DNA from: a virus
Taxonomy: Duplodnaviria > Caudoviricetes
Direction: 5' to 3' (one strand)
DNA: 28,086 bases
Virus record (IMG/VR): IMGVR_UViG_3300020042_005495
Span: 1 to 28,086 of that record
Position 1 is the stretch's first letter. Each line of letters begins with the position of its first letter. Under the pieces are notes generated by a model, which saw only the letters and a program-made list of their open reading frames with translations, was not told where the DNA came from and did no database searches. This document shows, one piece after another, positions 23,953-28,086 of this stretch. Position numbers and translations under genes: made by a program.

Positions 23953-24923
23953 GTGAAGGTTTCAAACTACAAGTAAGTATTGAGGAATTGCAAAAGCGCA
24001 AGCTGTTCCTTGCAGTTCCGATGTACGGTGGTCAGTGTGCAGGTATGTTTACACGATCGGTTGCTGATCTATCTGCTGTATGTACAAAGCATGGTATTCA
24101 GCTTCAGATGTTCTTCTTGTTTAACGAGTCTCTGATTACACGCGCTCGTAACTATTGCGTAGATGAGTTTATGCGTTCTGGTGCTACTCATCTAATGTTC
24201 ATTGATAGTGATATTGGATTCAATCCACAAGACGTTATCGCTCTGCTTGCTATGCAAGATGATGCAAGTGAGTATGATGTTATTGGTGGTCCTTATCCTA
24301 AGAAGTGTATCTCGTGGGAGAAGATCAAGCAAGCAGTTGACAAAGGTATGGCTGATGAGGATCCAAACCGTCTTGAGAAGTTTGTTGGTGATTATGTATT
24401 TAATCCCAAGACTACTCAGCGTGAGATCCCCCTCAACCAACCGGTAGAGGTTCTTGAGATTGGTACTGGCTTCATGATGATTCGTCGTAAGACATTTGAA
24501 GACTATCAGAAAGCATTCCCACATCTTTGGTATAAGCCTGATCATGTACGTACTGAGCACTTTGATGGTACACGTGAGATCATGGCTTACTTTGACTGTG
24601 TTGTTGATCGTAACTACGGTCAAGAAGATATGCATAAGCTGATCGAAGATCTTGCTAGAGGTGACGATACTGTAGAGTTGAAGCAGCGTGCACAAGCAAT
24701 GAAGGAAGCAGAAAAGACGGCATCTAAGCGTTACCTGTCTGAAGACTATATGTTCTGCTACAATGTACAGAAGATGGGTGGTAAGGTATTCTTCTGTCCT
24801 TGGATGCAACTACAGCACGTTGGTAGTTATGTGTTTGGTGGTTCATTGGCTGATCTTGCATCAATTGGTGCTTCTGCAACAGCTGATGCTGGTCAATTGA
24901 AGCACAAGAACAAAAAGAAGTAA
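23949..24923 (+). CDS. GT-A fold glycosyltransferase-like protein
   Basis: P.YGG, ESLITRARN, THLMFIDSDI (DxD), GTGFMMI.R, YLSEDY.FC, H.G motifs. Confidence 0.75.
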   Translation: MSEGFKLQVSIEELQKRKLFLAVPMYGGQCAGMFTRSVADLSAVCTKHGIQLQMFFLFNESLITRARNYCVDEFMRSGATHLMFIDSDIGFNPQDVIALLAMQDDASEYDVIGGPYPKKCISWEKIKQAVDKGMADEDPNRLEKFVGDYVFNPKTTQREIPLNQPVEVLEIGTGFMMIRRKTFEDYQKAFPHLWYKPDHVRTEHFDGTREIMAYFDCVVDRNYGQEDMHKLIEDLARGDDTVELKQRAQAMKEAEKTASKRYLSEDYMFCYNVQKMGGKVFFCPWMQLQHVGSYVFGGSLADLASIGASATADAGQLKHKNKKK

Positions 24924-24940
24924 TCTAAGGAATCTATACT

Positions 24941-25618
24941 ATGAAGTTCAGCGCGAGAACAATTCAAATTCTGAAGAACTTTAATCAGATTAATCCAAGT
25001 CTTGCTTTCTCACCTGGCAACACTCTTGCAACGATATCACCAATGTCAACGGTGATGGCCAAAGCTACTATTGCTGAGACTATTCCTCAGAGCTTTGCTA
25101 TCTTTGACCTGGCCCGCTTTCTTGGTGTATTATCGTTGTTTGAGGATCCAGATCTTGAGTTCAGCAAGCAGTTCATTATGATTAAGAGTGGCACACAGAC
25201 GTTGAACTATCTGTATGCCGATCCTAGTCATGTTAAATCTCCACCTGATAAAGAAATTGATATCCCTAATGATGCAGTGGAAAAGAATCTTACTGCTGCA
25301 ACCCTTCAATCCCTAATGAAAGCAGTAGCTGTACTCCAGTTACCAGATATTGCTTTTACAGGGAAGGATGGGAAGGTGTTGATTGAAGCTTTGGATACCA
25401 ATCCAAAAGCAAAAGGTGGACAGACAGCAAGTGATAACTTTGCCATCAATATTGGTGATACAACAAAGCAATTTAAGATGGTAGTGAAGCCAGACAATAT
25501 GAAACTGTTAGGTGGAGATTATACTTTAAAAATATCTTCAAAAAGGTTTCTCTACATGCAAGGAACTGATGTAAAGTATTGGATTGCATGTGAAGATAAT
25601 TCTGTCTTTGCTGGTTAA
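24941..25618 (+). CDS. gp45: gp45 sliding clamp
   Basis: MK.S..T..ILKNF..IN.S, F.I.DL..FL..LSLF..P, N.KLL.GDY, YWIA.E. Confidence 0.92.
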   Translation: MKFSARTIQILKNFNQINPSLAFSPGNTLATISPMSTVMAKATIAETIPQSFAIFDLARFLGVLSLFEDPDLEFSKQFIMIKSGTQTLNYLYADPSHVKSPPDKEIDIPNDAVEKNLTAATLQSLMKAVAVLQLPDIAFTGKDGKVLIEALDTNPKAKGGQTASDNFAINIGDTTKQFKMVVKPDNMKLLGGDYTLKISSKRFLYMQGTDVKYWIACEDNSVFAG

Positions 25619-25639
25619 CATGAACTGGAATACTATATT

Positions 25640-26578
25640 ATGTCAGGTGATTTTTTATGGGTAGAATCTTACCGTCCAAAAACAATAGCGGATACTATTC
25701 TGCCACCGTCTCTCAAGCAGACGTTTCAGCAGTTTATTAATCAACAAAACATTCCTAATCTTCTCTTGTGTGGCCGCGCTGGTGTTGGTAAAACAACAGT
25801 AGCACGTGCTATGCTGGAAGAGATTGGTGCTGACTATCTTATCATTAACGGATCGATGAATGGCAACATCGACACTCTTAGAAATGATATTAGACAGTTT
25901 GCTTCGTCTATATCTTTCTATGGAGGTCGTAAGTATGTCATTCTCGATGAAGCTGATTACCTTAACCCTAATAGCACCCAGCCTGCTCTTCGTAATTTTA
26001 TGGAGGAGTTCTCTAAGAACTGCGGATTTATTCTTACAGCTAATTTCAGCAATCGCATTATTGATCCTCTGCATTCTCGTTGCTCAGTAGTTGAGTTCAA
26101 GATTGAGAAGGATGATAAGCCGAAGATGGCTGCATTGTTATTCAAACGTGCACAGCAAGTATTGGACTCTGAGGGTGTAGAGTATGATCCAAAAGCAGTT
26201 GCTGAAGTTGTAAAGAAGTTCTTTCCAGACTTTAGACGTGTATTGAACGAGCTGCAGAGGTACTCGGCTACTGGCAAGATTGATTCTGGCATCCTTGTAA
26301 ACTTTACGGATGATAAGTTGAAGGGATTGGTCGAGTTAATTAAGCAAAAGAACTTTACAGAGATTCGTAAGTGGGTTGGTGAGAATACAGACATTGACAC
26401 AACAACATTCTTTAGGAAGTTGTATGATGCTGCTTCTGATTATATGAAGCCAAGTTCCATCCCTCAATTGGTTTTAATTCTCGCGGCATATCAGTATAAA
26501 GCAGCCTTCGTGGCAGACCAAGAAATAAATATACTGGCGTGTCTAACAGAAATCATGGTCGAAGGAGAATTTAAATGA
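25640..26578 (+). CDS. gp44: gp44 clamp loader ATPase subunit
   Basis: LWVE.YRP, GRAGVGKT, DEAD, Q.ALR.FME, SRC, FPDFRR. Confidence 0.95.
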   Translation: MSGDFLWVESYRPKTIADTILPPSLKQTFQQFINQQNIPNLLLCGRAGVGKTTVARAMLEEIGADYLIINGSMNGNIDTLRNDIRQFASSISFYGGRKYVILDEADYLNPNSTQPALRNFMEEFSKNCGFILTANFSNRIIDPLHSRCSVVEFKIEKDDKPKMAALLFKRAQQVLDSEGVEYDPKAVAEVVKKFFPDFRRVLNELQRYSATGKIDSGILVNFTDDKLKGLVELIKQKNFTEIRKWVGENTDIDTTTFFRKLYDAASDYMKPSSIPQLVLILAAYQYKAAFVADQEINILACLTEIMVEGEFK

Positions 26579-26757
26579 CATTACTAAGCGAATACGAACA
26601 AGGTCCAGTAAACTCAAGAGTGTTTAGACTTCAGGATGGTAACTATCAAGTATTAATATTTAACGCATCTAGTGGTAAAGAAATTGCTGAGTTCTTTAAG
26701 ACTTATGAGCAGGCCTGCGATCGTGCAGAAGATTCTGTGATGCAGTTGAACGGATAG
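26575..26757 (+). CDS. Small hypothetical protein
   Basis: ATGA overlap with gp44; SD AAGGAG. Confidence 0.7.
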   Translation: MTLLSEYEQGPVNSRVFRLQDGNYQVLIFNASSGKEIAEFFKTYEQACDRAEDSVMQLNG

Positions 26758-26758
26758 C

Positions 26759-26983
26759 ATGAAAACCCTCATTCACGTCAACCAAGCTCTTATTCGTAAG
26801 AACATTAAAGCTGAGGATGACGACAGAGTTCCAGTTCTTACTGTCAAAACATATAAGACAAACAGGTACGCTAACACTGTTGTCATCCATGGTCCAAGTA
26901 AGGTAGTATACTCACCTGATAAGCCTCTTAGTTGTGGTGCACGAGTGTGGATCGAGACTGAAGGTGAGGTTGACGTTGAATAA
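26759..26983 (+). CDS. Small conserved hypothetical phage protein
   Basis: IHVNQ..I..N.K...PV.TVK...V.I.GPS.VVYSPDKPL.CGARVWIET pattern. Confidence 0.8.
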   Translation: MKTLIHVNQALIRKNIKAEDDDRVPVLTVKTYKTNRYANTVVIHGPSKVVYSPDKPLSCGARVWIETEGEVDVE

Positions 26984-27263
26984 TATATTATGTGATATAC
27001 TTGAATGGATTAAAGATGATTATCGCTCTCACCCTTTTAGGTTTTCTATTGAGTTGTTTGCTTGGGCTATCAGCATTGGTTGCGCAATCATTATGGCACT
27101 CACAGTCCCCAATCCTCCTTTACTTCAAATGTATCCTGTTTGGATTACTGGCTGTGCTATGTATGCTTGGGCTAGTTATACTAGGAAATCTTTTGGCATG
27201 TTGGCTAATTACTTGTTACTGGTTACCATTGATACGGTTGGCCTTGTAAGACTGTTATCATGA
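26976..27263 (+). CDS. Small membrane protein (about 3 TM)
   Basis: Probable TTG start after GAGG; three hydrophobic segments; ATGA overlap with gp62. Confidence 0.7.
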   Translation: MNNILCDILEWIKDDYRSHPFRFSIELFAWAISIGCAIIMALTVPNPPLLQMYPVWITGCAMYAWASYTRKSFGMLANYLLLVTIDTVGLVRLLS

Positions 27264-27631
27264 ATCCATTTGACTTTGTCCAAGCAATCAATAAGAGCAA
27301 AGAAGATCTTCTAAAGGATCCGGAATTGGAGAAGCATTATCCTGCCTATATGGTAAATAAGGCTCTTTCATACTTCCCTGATACAATTCTCTATGCCAAT
27401 GAAATCAATCAGTTCCACCACCTAGATCCAAAGCTACAGTTCCATTTTTTTCTAAATAGTATACGTCCTGCGAAGCGATTTGCAAAGTGGGTGAAGAAAC
27501 AAGAAGATAATGACATTACAGCAGTTATGGAATATTATGGTTATAATCCACAAAAAGCCGAAAATGCTTTATCTATCCTTTCTTCTGAGCAGTTAACTAT
27601 TATAAAACAAAAATTAGAAAAAGGTGGATAA
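27260..27631 (+). CDS. gp62: gp62 clamp loader small subunit
   Basis: FDFV.AIN..K, Y.AYMVNKALSYFPDT..YANE.N, KRF.KW.K, YYGY...KA. Confidence 0.92.
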   Translation: MNPFDFVQAINKSKEDLLKDPELEKHYPAYMVNKALSYFPDTILYANEINQFHHLDPKLQFHFFLNSIRPAKRFAKWVKKQEDNDITAVMEYYGYNPQKAENALSILSSEQLTIIKQKLEKGG

Positions 27632-27632
27632 C

Positions 27633-28037
27633 ATGGGTATCATTGAAAGCCTAGTTGAAGTGGCTTTGGGTTCAGAAGAAGACTTCTTAAAGATTAAAGA
27701 AACATTAACACGTATTGGTGTAGCCTCGCGCAAAGACAGAAAGTTATTTCAGTCTTGTCATATTTTACATAAACAGGGAAGATACTACATCGTTCATTTT
27801 AAAGAGTTATTTGCTCTTGACGGTAAGCCATCTAACTTCTCAGATGATGATAAAGCAAGACGTAACACGATTATTAACCTGCTTGCAGAGTGGGGATTGA
27901 TTAAGTTAATTAACCCTCAGAAATCAAGTTCTCCAGTAGCCCCTTTTTCTCAAGTGAAAGTTATTACTCACAAAGAGAAGCATGATTGGGAACTGGTTGC
28001 CAAATACAACATTGGAGCCAAACGTAGGCCAGACTGA
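27633..28037 (+). CDS. regA: RegA translational repressor
   Basis: EDFLKIKETLTRIGVAS, L.QSCHILHKQG.YYIVHFKELF.LDG, RRN.I..LL..WGL. Confidence 0.95.
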   Translation: MGIIESLVEVALGSEEDFLKIKETLTRIGVASRKDRKLFQSCHILHKQGRYYIVHFKELFALDGKPSNFSDDDKARRNTIINLLAEWGLIKLINPQKSSSPVAPFSQVKVITHKEKHDWELVAKYNIGAKRRPD

Positions 28038-28086
28038 TGAATAACAATACATTATGGGATTTCCGCTTTCTCCAGTTAGCGGAAAC
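28037..28086 (+). CDS. 5' fragment of a probable dCMP deaminase (truncated by the window edge)
   Basis: TGATG overlap with regA; MNNNTLWDFRFLQLAE matches the WD.RF..LA N-terminus of deoxycytidylate deaminases; only 16 codons visible. Confidence 0.5.
   Translation, partial: MNNNTLWDFRFLQLAE

Noticed and set aside
24192-24809. 205-aa minus-strand ORF, and the other minus-strand ORFs in the track
   Set aside because: They shadow well-supported plus-strand genes or RNAs, show no recognisable motifs, and the whole window is co-oriented on +.
27452-27458. CTAAATA late-promoter-like word inside gp62
   Set aside because: It deviates from TATAAATA and is explained by the F-L-N codons; unsupported without TSS data.
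1-28086. CRISPR array, IS/transposase, integrase, intron or intein
   Set aside because: No regularly spaced direct repeats or such enzyme motifs were seen, and core genes have normal lengths without interruptions.

Overview
A 28-kb, entirely plus-strand segment of a T4-like (T4-superfamily) myophage genome. Core T4-type genes sit at both ends: gp3, uvsY, uvsW, gp55, gp47 and gp46 on the left; gp45, gp44, gp62, regA and the start of a probable dCMP deaminase on the right. Between gp46 and gp45 is an accessory region of about 18.6 kb with four components. (i) A dispersed 7-deazaguanine pathway: folE, queD, a queE with an atypical CX3CX36C motif, a QueD-paralog with the LxxxHRHxF motif (DpdL-like) and a TGT/DpdA-like TIM barrel. 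It is physically coupled to a purine phosphoribosyltransferase, a DUF3310/T7-gp1.7-like protein, a dCTP deaminase/dUTPase and a GT-A glycosyltransferase; no queC or queF is visible in the window. (ii) Nine CCA-encoding tRNAs. (iii) Five Fe(II)/2OG-oxygenase-like genes, a peptide deformylase, an S11 DD-peptidase, a TagD-like cytidylyltransferase and many small ORFs behind a family of sigma70-type promoters. (iv) Several non-coding structured elements that no listed feature explains. Three of these are cassettes closed by 19-21 bp stems that directly abut tRNA ends, and two of them share a stem sequence with compensatory substitutions but enclose unrelated interiors. A kissing-loop/pseudoknot element also precedes a terminator. 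All calls come from motif recognition and manual base-pairing; no searches or folding programs were run.
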